A stretch of 64,000 nt of DNA from an uncultured Holophagales bacterium (lineage in GTDB: Bacteria > Acidobacteriota > Thermoanaerobaculia > Multivoradales > UBA5704), in contig CAWJGT010000009.1 of the NCBI GenBank assembly GCA_963842525.1, positions 736,001 to 800,000 on the forward strand, given 5' to 3'. Shown piece by piece: positions 1-10,226 of the stretch (within the stretch, counting starts at the first letter, position 1; each line of letters starts with the position of its first letter). The notes below the pieces were generated by a model. That model worked only from the letters and a program-made list of their open reading frames with translations. It did not search any database and was not told the origin of the DNA. The position numbers and the translations under genes are program-made.

Positions 1-411
1 GTCGAAGAGGCGGTGCGCCCGCAGGCGTGGGAACGCGGGATCGCTCTCATGGACTCTTTGGATCCCGCTCTTCCCCGGCGCGTCCGTACAGACCCGGATC
101 ACCTGCGGAGAGCGCTGACCCTCGTCCTTGGCGCGGCCGTGAGCCACGCCGAGTCCGAGGTTTTCTTCCGGCTCGACCTGGGCGACGGAGATCTCCGCAT
201 CGCCATCTCCTCCGACGGAGCGCCCTTCCCTGACACGGAGCCACAGGCCGTCTTCGAGCCCTTTCACGACAGCGTGCGGACAGCCCGCCGGCGCGGCGGA
301 CGCAGCTTGGCGCTGCCGCTGGCCAACGAGCTGGCGCGAGCACTCGGGGGCACGCTGCGGGCGGGCAACCGTGGCGGCAGGCCCACCTTCGACCTGTCGA
401 TCAAGATTTGA
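1..411 (+). CDS. C-terminal HATPase-like domain of a sensor histidine kinase (5' partial)
   Basis: [47 protein letters not shown] resemble degenerate N/G1/F/G2 boxes; runs off the window edge. Confidence 0.7.
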   Translation, partial: VEEAVRPQAWERGIALMDSLDPALPRRVRTDPDHLRRALTLVLGAAVSHAESEVFFRLDLGDGDLRIAISSDGAPFPDTEPQAVFEPFHDSVRTARRRGGRSLALPLANELARALGGTLRAGNRGGRPTFDLSIKI

Positions 412-2000
412 CGCTCAAAAGCTCGCGAATCACGCGCAACAGCTCCTGGGTGGCGAAGGGCTTTTCCAGGAACGCATCGGCGGTGGTCCGGTCGGCCTCC
501 CGGCTCGCCAGGGCATCGTCGGTATAACCGGACATGAGGACGACCTTCATTTCGGGATGAGAGCCGGCGAGCCTGCTGGCCAGATCGACGCCGGTCCCGC
601 CGGGCATGATCATGTCGCTCAGCAGGAGCTGGATGGCTCCGCCGCGCGCCGTTACGAGGTCCATGGCCGCCGCCGGATTCTCGGCCACGAGCACCCGGTA
701 GCCCTGGCCTTCCAGCACCTGCCGCAACAGACCCCGGAACATTTCATCGTCTTCGACCAGGAGGATCGTCTCGTGATCTCTGCTGGTGGCTTCGGTGATC
801 GCGGCCTCGTCCGGTGCAACGGTGGGCTCGGCCTCCTCCTCCTCGCGCACAGGCGCTCCGGCGCAGGGCAGGTAGACCCGGAAGGTGGTGCCCTGTCCGG
901 GCTGGCTCTCCACCGCGACGCCTCCCTGGCACCGCCGGACGATCGCATGTACCGTGGACAGCCCCAACCCCGTGCCCTTGCCGGGCCCTTTGGTGGTGAA
1001 GAACGGCTCGAAGATGCCGCCCGTGGATCTCCTTGTCCATGCCCACGCCGGTGTCCGTTACCTGGAGCAGTACGTACGGTCCCGCGGGAAGCCGGCCGCC
1101 CTGCGACCGCGATCTCCTCATCCGCCTCGAAGCTGCGCAGTCGCCAGGGTCAGCAAGCCGCCCGAGGGCATGGCATCGCAGGCATTGACGATCAGGTTGA
1201 GGATGACCTGGTGGAGCTGCGCCGGGATCGCCCCAGACGCGGCCGAGCCCCGGCTCGATCTGCCGGGTCAGATGGATGTCCTCACCGAGGAGGCGGTCGA
1301 GCATGACCTCAACGTCCGCGAGCAGCTTCGCTCAAGTCGACCGCCTGGGCCTTGATCTCCTGGCGCCGGCTGAACGCGAGGAGCTGCCGCGTCAAGTCTG
1401 CACGCCCGCAGGGCGGCCCGGTGGATCTGCTCGACGTGGCGGCGGTGAGTCTCTTCGGGCGGCAGCGAGCCGAGCAGCATTTCACTGTAGCCGCGGATCG
1501 TGCCGAGCAGGGTGTTGAAGTCGTGCGCCACGCCGCCGGCCAGACGCCCGATGGCCTCCATCTTCTGGGCCTGGCGGATTTCGGCCTCCAGGCGCACGCG
1601 CTCGCTGATGTCGCGCAGCGTTCCCAGGTAGAAGACCTCGCCTCCATGGCGAACTTCACTCACCGCGAGATCCACCGGGAAGGTCGAGCCGTCGCGGCGC
1701 TGGCCTGCGACTTCCCGGCCGATGCCGATGATCCGTGCCTCGCCGGTCGCCCGATAACGAGCGAGATAGCCGTCGTGCTCCTCCCGCCAGGGCGCTGAGC
1801 ATCAGGATCTTGACATTGCGCCCCACCAGCTCCTCGGGCGTGTAGCCGAACATCTTCTGGATGGACGGGTTGACCGACTGGATGATCCCCGACGTATGGA
1901 TCAGCACGATCCCATCCACGGCGGCGTTCAAGACCGCCTCGAGGAGCGCCTCCTTGGCCCCTCCGTGCTCGGCCTGATGGCCGCCGGCGGATTCGTTCAT
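401..2000 (-). CDS. PAS-domain hybrid sensor histidine kinase with C-terminal receiver (frameshifted)
   Basis: Pieces in 4 ORFs: PAS (DGIVLI...[12 protein letters not shown]), H-box ([18 protein letters not shown]), [15 protein letters not shown]...GQGTTF, receiver (ILLVEDD...LLLSDMIMP...FLEKPF). Confidence 0.9.
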
Positions 2001-2649
2001 CCCTGCCCCGCAGACCCGGGGCCGCGACGATGCCGTGGCGCAGGGCGAAGCCCACGACCTGTGCGCGGTTGTGGAGGTGCAGCTTGTCGAGGATGTTGCG
2101 GACGTGGAACTTGACCGTGTTCTCGCTGACCCCCAACTGCGCCAGCTTGCGGTTCGAGGTGACCCCCTGGACCAGCAGCTCGAGCACCTCGCGCTCCCGC
2201 TCGGTCAGGGCGTCGGGTTCGTGGGACTCGGCGGCGGGCCGGGGCGGGCGGGCGAACTCCTGGAGGAGCTTGCGGGCCAGCCCCGGAGTCAGAGCAGGCT
2301 CGCCGCGGCCGACCCTTCCAGGACGGGAAAAACTCCCCGCGATTCGAGGTTCTTGAGCAGATAGCCCTGAGCGCCCGACTTGATCGCCTCGAACAGCTTG
2401 TCGTCCTCGTCCGAGGCGGTGAGGACCACGACCTTGACCTGCGGCATCTCGGCGCTGATCAGGCGCGTGGCCGTCAGGCCGTCGAGCCCCGGCATCGAGG
2501 TCCATCAGGACGATCGGGCTGGAGACGGCGCGTGAGCTCGACCGCCTCGCGCCCGTCGCCGCCTGGCCGGCGACCTCGAGGCCACGGGAGGGAGCAGGCG
2601 CCCAGGCTCTCCCGAAAAGGGCGTGATCGTCGGCAATCAGGATCCTCAT
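1997..2649 (-). CDS. NarL/LuxR-family response regulator (frameshifted)
   Basis: MRILIADDHALF, MPGLDGLTATR...GAQGYLLK, LTEREREVLELL...LGVSENTVKFHVRNILDKL; ATGA overlap with the kinase. Confidence 0.9.
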
Positions 2650-2981
2650 GTCATCCCTACTCGTGGCGGGGATTGGCGCCTTCCGGCTAGCCGCTGATTC
2701 CGCTAAAACATAGCATAGCCGATCCACGGGAGCAGGGACCCACACCATTCCGGACGGTTTTCCCCCTCTCCAAACCACCCGCGCGGTAGTCGCGGCCCAC
2801 CCCGATGGGCGTGGCATCGAGCACAGAGGCCCGTTAGGGTCTTTCGCCCAAGAGGAGTGCCAAGGAGGGTGTGCCGATGATCCCGCCGGCCGCAAGCCTA
2901 AGCCGGTCGCTCGCCGACGCCGTGGTCGAGCACCCCGGCCCTGGTGACCCTGCCCTGAAAAAAAGAGAGAAGGAGACAGCC

Positions 2982-3400
2982 ATGAACATGAAGATCACGT
3001 TTCCCGGCGGGCTTGGCGTGAACGCCGCCTTCAAAGGCTTCACCGTGGCAACCGACCAGGCAGCGGAGCACGGCGGCGGGGGGACGGCTCCCCGAGCCGT
3101 TCAACCTGTTTCTGGCCTCGCTCGGCACCTGCGCCGGCTTCTACGCTCTGCGCTTCTGCCAGCAGCGGGGAATCGCCACCCAGGGCCTCGGCCTCACGGG
3201 GGCGACCAAGGGAACTGCGCGAGGGCAAGCGCCTGGCACTGGTGCGCCTCGCGATGGAGGCCTCCCGGCCGGGTTCCCAGAGAAATACCGCGACGCCGTG
3301 ATCCGCGCCGTCGACCAGGCATGGTGGAACGCCAGATCCGGAGCCACCCAGCTTCGAGGTGGTGACGGTCGCCGGCAGGACGCAGCCCGGATGGTGCAGG
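2982..3400 (+). CDS. OsmC-family protein (frameshifted, 3' end approximate)
   Basis: RBS aaggag; MNMKITFPGGLGVNAAFKGFTVATDQ, then LFLASLGTCAGFYALRFC and FPEKYRDAVIRAVDQ in other frames. Confidence 0.75.
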
Positions 3401-3678
3401 TCCGAAGCCGGTATTCCCGATCGTCGAGGCCCGGTATCTCGCCGAGATCAAGCTCCTCCGGACTGCGCTCCGCGCGGGTTGTCGCCGCGTCGGCCGGCCG
3501 GACGCCCCCCGGGAGCGGCCGCACCGCCCATCAGGGTGGGTCAGAACTGCCCGCCTGCGTTTCCTCTAGCTACCCGCGTGGAGATGGATCTAGGCGAACC
3601 ATCGCTTAAGGTTGATTTCAAGAGTCAGGGGCATGCGGAGGTCACTTATCCACCGCTGGCGCTCCAGAAAGGTTCGCA

Positions 3679-4641
3679 ATGAGCACCTCGAAGCACCTGC
3701 CCGATGATCAGATCGAACCGTATTTCAAGCACCTTGCGGCAGAATACCACGCTCTGCCTGGCGCCTTGCACGCGCCTTATAAGGAAGAGATCGAGAAGAT
3801 TCTGGCACTCGGCGGAGAAAAGGTCGGCGCCGAGGTTCCGAAGAGGCCAGGTAAGCATCTGACGTGGGATGACCTTTTCCAGCTCGAGCTTCTGCTCCTG
3901 CGCGTGTTGCCCGAGGACAAGCTCCTCCGCAAAGCATGGCTGATCCGGAACCGTTACGGCAATGCGATTGGCGCAGCCGGATATGCTCTCTACGTGGAAA
4001 CACAGCCACCGGCAATGGACCCGAACACCAAAACCCCAGACCTCGATTGCCTACGAGCCGACCTCGAAGTCGTTCTGCAAGATCTTTTCTGGCGCTACAA
4101 GCTGTCGAAAACTTGGGAGGAGAAGAGAAAAGATCTGCTGGGCAAATTTACGCTCGGGTACATCCTCCTCGTCGCCTGCGGTATCGCGGCGGTCGGATTC
4201 TGGGGTCAAATCAAAGACTATCATTCTGTCCTGATCCTGCTCGCAGTGGCTGTCGCGGGTGCGACGGGAGGGATCGTCAGCATGCTTCAGCGCCTCCAAA
4301 CCGTACCCCAGGAGCAGAAGCGCACCGACAGCGTCATCCAATTGCAGTACGGCAGCACAGGCCTGCTGCTCCAGTCGGTGTTGACCGGCGGTATCTTCGC
4401 CACTCTGCTGCTCCTCTTCTTCGCGGGTGGGATCCTTACCGGAGAGCTATTTCCCCAGGTGGAAGGCGCTCGGAATCTCTTCGAGTGGCTGAAGCTCATC
4501 CCTGACCAGGGTCGGCATCTTGCCAAGCTGCTCCTCTGGGCCTTTGTCGCAGGTTTCGCCGAACGGCTCGTCCCAGACTTCCTCGACCGCCTCGCAGTGC
4601 GCGGCCAGAAAAGGAGCGAGGCCGCTCCGACGACGACCTGA
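3679..4641 (+). CDS. Hypothetical membrane protein, helical N-terminal domain plus about 4 TM helices
   Basis: 320-aa ORF, lower GC; AGATGGIVSMLQR and FVAGFAERLVPDFL motifs. Confidence 0.8.
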   Translation: MSTSKHLPDDQIEPYFKHLAAEYHALPGALHAPYKEEIEKILALGGEKVGAEVPKRPGKHLTWDDLFQLELLLLRVLPEDKLLRKAWLIRNRYGNAIGAAGYALYVETQPPAMDPNTKTPDLDCLRADLEVVLQDLFWRYKLSKTWEEKRKDLLGKFTLGYILLVACGIAAVGFWGQIKDYHSVLILLAVAVAGATGGIVSMLQRLQTVPQEQKRTDSVIQLQYGSTGLLLQSVLTGGIFATLLLLFFAGGILTGELFPQVEGARNLFEWLKLIPDQGRHLAKLLLWAFVAGFAERLVPDFLDRLAVRGQKRSEAAPTTT

Positions 4642-4654
4642 GAATGAGGCACCA

Positions 4655-5584
4655 ATGCCTTTCTACAACCAGCACGGAGAGCTGGCAGCGAGCCCGCACG
4701 CCAGAACCTACGGCGAGGAGCTGCCGACCATGCTTTCAGCCTTCGACTGCATCCTGAACGGCGCGAAAGCGCTCTACGCAAGCAGCGAGCTGACCACGGG
4801 CAAACGCCTTTACGATCTGATGCTCGCGGCGGGGGTGCGCACGGAGGAGGAGCTGCAAGCAAAACTCGGAAAGCAGGGATATCGGCGTCGGCTCTGGGAA
4901 CCCAACTTCGCCGAGGCCCTCGATTTCGCGCGCCAAATCCGCGAGCGCTATCAAAGCGAGCTGGTCATCACCCCGGCTCCTTTCGTCGCCCTGGGCTGGA
5001 GCCAATCGGAATATCTCGCCCTCTGGGAGACTCTGATCCGCACCCGTGTCAAGGAGCTGTTCTTCGGTCCCGGTTGGGAATACAGCAACGGCTGCGCCTT
5101 CGAGTTCTCCGTCGCCTGGGACGCGGGTATCCCCACCCGCGATGCCGACGGCGTTTTGATCGGTCTGGAGTCGGGGATTGAACGGATCTCGGTGGCGGCC
5201 GCGGAGCTGGAGGGCCACGGGTTCGATGTTTCGGAGCTGCGCCTCAAGCCTCTCCCGCCTCTCAAGCCGGCCGGTCCCTCGCCCCGCAGCAGCCGGGCGA
5301 GCTCGGCATCCCTCTGGTACACGTCCCGACCTAGCTGGAGCGTACCGCTGCTGTCGATCCAGGCGGTCCAGTACGCGACATGGACCGGGACCGTCCGGGC
5401 GAGCGGCACTGTGCGCTCCCGCCCCGCGTCGATGCCGGCGCGAATCGCCTCCGGCATCCAGCGCGGGTCGCTGCGCAACGCCCAGACCGCCAGATCGAAA
5501 GGTTTTTCGATCCGGATGCAGCCGGGGCCGAAGGTGCGGACGGTGCTGCCGAAAAGCGCCGGGGCGGATGTGTCGTGCAGGTAG
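4655..5584 (+). CDS. Nucleoside 2-deoxyribosyltransferase-like / DUF4406-like protein (recognisable part ends ~5250)
   Basis: ATG 13 bp after the previous stop; YASSELTTG...NF...VITP...GWEYSNGCAFEFSVA matches the WxxSxGxxxE NDT/DUF4406 pattern; the tail overlapping the opposite gene is doubtful. Confidence 0.6.
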   Translation: MPFYNQHGELAASPHARTYGEELPTMLSAFDCILNGAKALYASSELTTGKRLYDLMLAAGVRTEEELQAKLGKQGYRRRLWEPNFAEALDFARQIRERYQSELVITPAPFVALGWSQSEYLALWETLIRTRVKELFFGPGWEYSNGCAFEFSVAWDAGIPTRDADGVLIGLESGIERISVAAAELEGHGFDVSELRLKPLPPLKPAGPSPRSSRASSASLWYTSRPSWSVPLLSIQAVQYATWTGTVRASGTVRSRPASMPARIASGIQRGSLRNAQTARSKGFSIRMQPGPKVRTVLPKSAGADVSCR

Positions 5585-6873
5585 ACGCCGAACCGGTTGG
5601 GGAAGACGAATTTGATCCGTCCCAGGGCGTTCCGTGGTCCCGGCTTCTGGCGCAGCCGCGATCCGGAGAGCGTTTCGAAGCCCTCGCGCTGCAGATAGGA
5701 CGGGTCCCTCCGCGCTCTGGCGAGGACTTCCGGGACGATGCTCCGTGGCACATTCCAGGACGGGTTGAGGACCACGGAGTTCATGGCGCTGCTGAACATC
5801 GGCGTGCGGGTGTAGGGCTTGCCGACGATGACCCGCATGTCGAGGACGCTCCGGCCGTCCTCGAAGGCGTCCAGGCGGAAGCCTGCAATGTTGACCAGCA
5901 CATACCGAGGCCCTAGGTCGCGCGGCAGCCAGCGCCAGCGCTCCAGGTTCACCTCGATCTGCCGGACGTGGTCCTCCGCCCGCTGGTTGAGCTCGGCGAG
6001 GGTGGCCGGGCCGACGACGCCATCCACCTCCAGGCCGTGGCGCCGCTGGAACTGACGCACCCCTTCCTCCAAGGGAGCGTCGAACAGGTCGGCGCTCTCC
6101 GCGGCCGGAAGGGGCGCTGCCGCATCGGATGCGGCGGCCTCGGCCAGGCGCGCCCGCAGGGCCGCAACGCGTTCCTCCTGATCCCAGGCCCTCAGCGTGG
6201 GCCCGGGCGGGACCAGCTCGGGGCCGCCTCGCGCGGCGATCCGGCGGTAGCGGCCCAGCGCCTCTCGCAGCGACGCGTATCGCCGATGAGGAGGGACCAA
6301 GCCGGCGAGCGTGGCACGCACCCGGTCCGCAGCCAGCGCCTCTTCGAGGACCGCCGCGAGGTCGGCGGTGTCGCGGCCCAACGCGCAGTCCCGGTAGATT
6401 GCCTGGGGGTTGACTTTGCCGTTCTGCAGGTGTGCGGCGAAGGTGAGGAATGCGTCGCTGAGCAGGAGGTCCAGGTCGGCCAGGCCGCCCGCCTCCGGAC
6501 GGCTCCGCACCGTCGCAGCGAGGCGTGCAAGGGCGGCCGGCCGATAGTCTTCGGCGCGGAGGCCATCGTCCCCGGCGACTGCGAGAGCTGCCAGCAGCGC
6601 TTCGACCCCCGGCCGGAGCGCTCCGCCCTCGCTCCAGGCCGGTGCGTAGCTCCGGCGCTCATAGAAGCACGGGAGATCCGGAGAGGCCCGGAAGCTCTTG
6701 CCCTCGACCGCGAGCCGGGGTGCGGCACCCGAGGCGGGGAAACGGGCTCGCACGATCACCCGGACCTGGTCCGTGCCTGGCGGCTCCTGAGCCTGGACAC
6801 CGCCGAGGGCGAGCATCGCGAAGGCCAGGAGGCAAAGGAGAGATTTCCTGATCCATCTGTTCACGCTGATCAA
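4951..6873 (-). CDS. Murein L,D-transpeptidase (YcbB/LdtD-like) with peptidoglycan-binding domain; real 3' end probably ~5260
   Basis: Signal peptide; FQRRHGLEVDGVVGPAT, NLERWRW, VIVGKPYTRTP, NPSWNVP, RQKPGPRNALGRIKF, YLHDT...GCIRI. Confidence 0.9.
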   Translation of the reverse strand: MISVNRWIRKSLLCLLAFAMLALGGVQAQEPPGTDQVRVIVRARFPASGAAPRLAVEGKSFRASPDLPCFYERRSYAPAWSEGGALRPGVEALLAALAVAGDDGLRAEDYRPAALARLAATVRSRPEAGGLADLDLLLSDAFLTFAAHLQNGKVNPQAIYRDCALGRDTADLAAVLEEALAADRVRATLAGLVPPHRRYASLREALGRYRRIAARGGPELVPPGPTLRAWDQEERVAALRARLAEAAASDAAAPLPAAESADLFDAPLEEGVRQFQRRHGLEVDGVVGPATLAELNQRAEDHVRQIEVNLERWRWLPRDLGPRYVLVNIAGFRLDAFEDGRSVLDMRVIVGKPYTRTPMFSSAMNSVVLNPSWNVPRSIVPEVLARARRDPSYLQREGFETLSGSRLRQKPGPRNALGRIKFVFPNRFGVYLHDTSAPALFGSTVRTFGPGCIRIEKPFDLAVWALRSDPRWMPEAIRAGIDAGRERTVPLARTVPVHVAYWTAWIDSSGTLQLGRDVYQRDAELARLLRGEGPAGLRGGRGLRRSSETSNPWPSSSAAATEIRSIPDSRPIKTPSASRVGIPASQATENSKAQPLLYSQPGPKNSSLTRVRIRVSQRARYSDWLQPRATKGAGVMTSSL

Positions 6874-6888
6874 CTCCTTGCTCCTGGC

Positions 6889-8850
6889 TCAGGGTGCCTC
6901 GGGAATCGTGATCCCGAAGACCCCCCAGCGGTCTGCTGCGTACAGGATCCGCGGATCGCTGGGGTGCAGTGTCAGGGAATAGGCATAGACCTGCTGGCCC
7001 AACGGCTTCCAGGTCGCGCCGCGATCGGCGCTGCGCGAGACGATCGGTCCGGCGACGTAGAAGACGTCCGGGGCCTCCGGATCGATCACCAGGTCGTGGA
7101 CGAGGTGGGGCGTTCGAGCCACCGTCTTCCAGGTCTTTCCCCGATCGTCGCTCGCCAGGACGTCGCGGTTGCGCACGCCATAGAGACGGGAGCGGCTGCG
7201 GTCGAAGGCGAAAGCCCGCAGGTTCAGGGCGATCTTCCGCCAGGTCCGGCCACCGTTCTCACTCTTCCACAGGATCGACGGCAGACCGGCCAGGGGCTCG
7301 TGAGGAGGCTCGAGGACGTCGGTAAGGAAGGTCAGGGCATAGACCTTCGACGGATCGGCTGGATCGACCTCCAGCTTCTGGGCCCACCGCCCGTCTTCGG
7401 ACCATGGGGTCCAGCCGGACAATATAGTCTGCCAGGATTGCCCGTTGTCGGTGCTGCGATAGATGCCGGCGCCCGCGGCAAACAGCGTCTGCTCGTCCGC
7501 GCGGACCAGCGACTCGATGTACCACAGATCGTCGGAGGTCTGTTGCCACGAACGGCCGCCGTCCTGGGTCAGATAGCCGTTGGAGCTGCTCACGGCGACC
7601 ATCCGGGACGGATCCTCCGGATCGATTTCGATGTCCCGGACGTCCCCAAGGCCGCTCGTCAATCCCCAGCTCCAGCCGCCGTTCTTGCTGGTGTAGAGGG
7701 TGAAACCGACGGCAAGGGCCATGCGGGACGGATCGTCCGTCTGGAAGGCGATCTGGGCGCAGGAGCTCTCGGTATTCGGCGTCCGGAAGGCGATCTTCCA
7801 GGTCAAGCCGCCGTCGAGGCTTCGGGCCAGTTCCTTGAAGTCCGTGCCATAGAGGGCTCCGGCCGCGGAGTCGACCACGATGGCACCGGGAAAGATCGGC
7901 GGACGGCCCAGCTTCTGCCAGGTTTGCCCCGCGTTGCGGCTGACCCAGAGAGCGTGCTCGGAGTTTTCTGCCTCCGTCGCGGGCCCGTAGACATAGAGGG
8001 TCTGCGGCGATCGCGGATCGAGGGTCCAGGAGCGCACGGCGAACGGAGCGCCGGGCTTCCCGGTCACGACCTCGCGCCACGTCCGGCCGCCGTCCGTGCT
8101 GCGGAAGAGCCCGCCCTCGGCGCCGCTGTCTGAGACGTAGACCGCGGTCGCGGTGACGGCGAGCCGGTCGATCCGGGCCTCGGGGAAGGGCTGCGGCAGG
8201 GGCGCCCAGGCGTGCCCGGAATCCACGCTCCGAAGGAGGTCCGGGTGCTCCGGGCCGTAGATGACGAGATAGAGACGCTTCGGGGCCGCCGGATGGGTGG
8301 CGAACGCCTGGATCCAGCCGGCCTCGCCCAGGTCGTAGAGGATCTCCCAGGACTGCCCGTTGTCGCGGCTCGCGAGCAGCCGCCGGGAGCTCACGACGTA
8401 GAGGGTCCCTGGAACGGTCACCATGGCGGTCGGCCCGGAACCCCCCAGCGCGGCGATGTAGCTGTCGCCGGTGAGCCGCACCCAGCGGTTGCCGCCGTCC
8501 TCGGTGCGGAAGACCGAGAGGCTCGTAGCGGCCCAGAGGGCGCCGGGACGGGAGGGATCGGCCGCCACGGCGCCCACGTCCGCGCTGGCGAAGGGCTGGC
8601 CCACCCACCTCCAGGTCACCCCGCGGTCCCTGCTCCGGTACAGACCACCTTGCGGCAAGCTGGTCCAGAGGGTGCCGGGAGCACCCGGATGGACGGCAAC
8701 GACTCCGATGCTGTTGCTGTAGCTCACCATGGGGCCGAGGGGGGTCCAGTGGTCGACGCCGGCCTGCGCGGGGAGCCCTACGCCAGCGCAGAGAGCCATC
8801 GCGAGCACGAAAAGGATCGGCGAAGGAAAGGGGTGGATTTTCTTCGACAT
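6889..8850 (-). CDS. Secreted BNR/Asp-box repeat beta-propeller protein
   Basis: Signal peptide; about 11 SxDxGxTW repeats. Confidence 0.85.
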   Translation of the reverse strand: MSKKIHPFPSPILFVLAMALCAGVGLPAQAGVDHWTPLGPMVSYSNSIGVVAVHPGAPGTLWTSLPQGGLYRSRDRGVTWRWVGQPFASADVGAVAADPSRPGALWAATSLSVFRTEDGGNRWVRLTGDSYIAALGGSGPTAMVTVPGTLYVVSSRRLLASRDNGQSWEILYDLGEAGWIQAFATHPAAPKRLYLVIYGPEHPDLLRSVDSGHAWAPLPQPFPEARIDRLAVTATAVYVSDSGAEGGLFRSTDGGRTWREVVTGKPGAPFAVRSWTLDPRSPQTLYVYGPATEAENSEHALWVSRNAGQTWQKLGRPPIFPGAIVVDSAAGALYGTDFKELARSLDGGLTWKIAFRTPNTESSCAQIAFQTDDPSRMALAVGFTLYTSKNGGWSWGLTSGLGDVRDIEIDPEDPSRMVAVSSSNGYLTQDGGRSWQQTSDDLWYIESLVRADEQTLFAAGAGIYRSTDNGQSWQTILSGWTPWSEDGRWAQKLEVDPADPSKVYALTFLTDVLEPPHEPLAGLPSILWKSENGGRTWRKIALNLRAFAFDRSRSRLYGVRNRDVLASDDRGKTWKTVARTPHLVHDLVIDPEAPDVFYVAGPIVSRSADRGATWKPLGQQVYAYSLTLHPSDPRILYAADRWGVFGITIPEAP

Positions 8851-8977
8851 TTGAACACCTCGATCAAGTTGCGGCGCGTCATCGCGACGGAAGCCTGCTT
8901 TACCTTGAGCCATACGAGGAAAGGTTGCACCGACCGTTCAGGCGGGCCAGGGGGCGCCAACGGGTGGGCATCCCCGG

Positions 8978-9070
8978 CCCTACCCGCCGGGGTGGCCACG
9001 GCGCCATCCCATGGCGTGCCACTCCATACCTCGGAGGGTGTCCCGCGCCGGACGCCGCTGTGGAAAAAAG
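8978..9070 (+). promoter_or_regulatory. Duplicated ~90-bp regulatory block, copy 1
   Basis: Near-identical to 11673-11766; contains TACCC-GCCG-GGGTG (8981) and TACCT-CGGA-GGGTG (9027). Confidence 0.75.
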
Positions 9071-9109
9071 TGCCTGGGAGACAGGCAGTGAATTCATGGA
9101 GGAACGACG

Positions 9110-9711
9110 ATGGCCCCTGCACTCGATCGACTCATCCCAAGGCCGCGCAGAGTGGAGGTCGACCGGATCGACCTCGCCGCGCCGCCGGCTCGCGTCTGGG
9201 GCTCGTGCGTCACGGCGACCTGGCGCAATCCCCGCTCGTTCGTGCGCTCTTCGCCGTCCGCACGCTGCCGAGCCGCCTCGCCGGCAAGCGCGCGGCGGGG
9301 GCCTCCCTCCGCATCGCCGATTTTGCGTCGTCGCCCGAGCATCCTGGATTCCAGGTCCTCATCGATGCGCCGCCGCACGAGGTGGCGGTCGGCGCGATCG
9401 GGAAGGTGTGGCGCCTTGAGATCCCGTTCGTGCACTTGACGAGCGCGGAGGCTTTCGCGGCCTTCGCGGACGCGGGCTTCGTCAAGGTCGCGTGGGCCAT
9501 CCGGCTTTCGTCTCTCGGCGAGGGCGCCACGCGCCTCGCGTTCGAGCTTCGCGTCGACGCGACTGACGACGAGTCGTGGCGGAAGTTCCGCCGATACTTC
9601 CATGTCATCGGTCCCGGCTCGCGCTTCATCCGGCGCTCGCTCCTCCGCAACCTCGCCTCGCGCGTGGAGGCATCCGATTTCCCGGGTAGAATCCTGCCGA
9701 CGCCCGGCTGA
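9110..9711 (+). CDS. Hypothetical protein, DUF2867/SRPBCC-like (frameshift ~9200)
   Basis: RBS ggagga; MAPALDRLIP...APPARVW then SPLVRALFAVR...GFVKVAW...RVDATDDESWRKFRRYFHVIGPGS. Confidence 0.65.
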
Positions 9712-9752
9712 CTGAGCAGATCTCCTGCGAGGCGTGGCCGGCGGCAGAGGAC

Positions 9753-10202
9753 ATGCGAGGCTCTACCTTCGCCGTCATCATCCTGGGGCCGCTGATCGGC
9801 TTGGCGGCCGGCATCGGCGGCTATACCTTCCTCTATGCGAAGGGCGCGTCGTACCTCTCCAACGACCCCGCGGCCTGCGCCAACTGCCATGTCATGCAGT
9901 CGCAGTACGACCAGTGGCTGTCGTCGAGCCACCGCTCGGTGGCGGTGTGCAACGATTGCCACACACCCAAGGGGTTTATTGCCAAGTACGCCACCAAGGC
10001 CCTGAACGGCTTCAACCACTCCTATGCGTTCACCACGGGCCGGTTCCACGAGCCGATCCAGATCGGGGAGCGCAACCGGCGGGTCACCGAGCAGGCCTGC
10101 CGCAAGTGTCACGAAGCCATCGTGCAGGCCATCGAAGGGCCCCGCCAACCTGGGCAGGAGCTGTCCTGCATCCGCTGCCATTCGACCGTGGGGCACTTCT
10201 GA
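9753..10202 (+). CDS. nrfH: Cytochrome c nitrite reductase small subunit
   Basis: N-terminal TM helix; 4 CxxCH (CANCH, CNDCH, CRKCH, CIRCH); directly upstream of nrfA. Confidence 0.95.
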   Translation: MRGSTFAVIILGPLIGLAAGIGGYTFLYAKGASYLSNDPAACANCHVMQSQYDQWLSSSHRSVAVCNDCHTPKGFIAKYATKALNGFNHSYAFTTGRFHEPIQIGERNRRVTEQACRKCHEAIVQAIEGPRQPGQELSCIRCHSTVGHF

Positions 10203-10226
10203 TCCGTTGCGAGGAGAGCTGACGAG

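Noticed and set aside
5968-8133. 721-aa plus-strand ORF and similar long antisense ORFs (13880-16222, 31522-33297, 40957-42762, 45298-47181, 49389-52067, 58094-60151)
   Set aside because: Shadow ORFs opposite well-supported genes, expected at high GC; no motifs
6889-8850. Internal repeats of the propeller protein as a novel repeat
   Set aside because: Standard Asp-box/BNR motif
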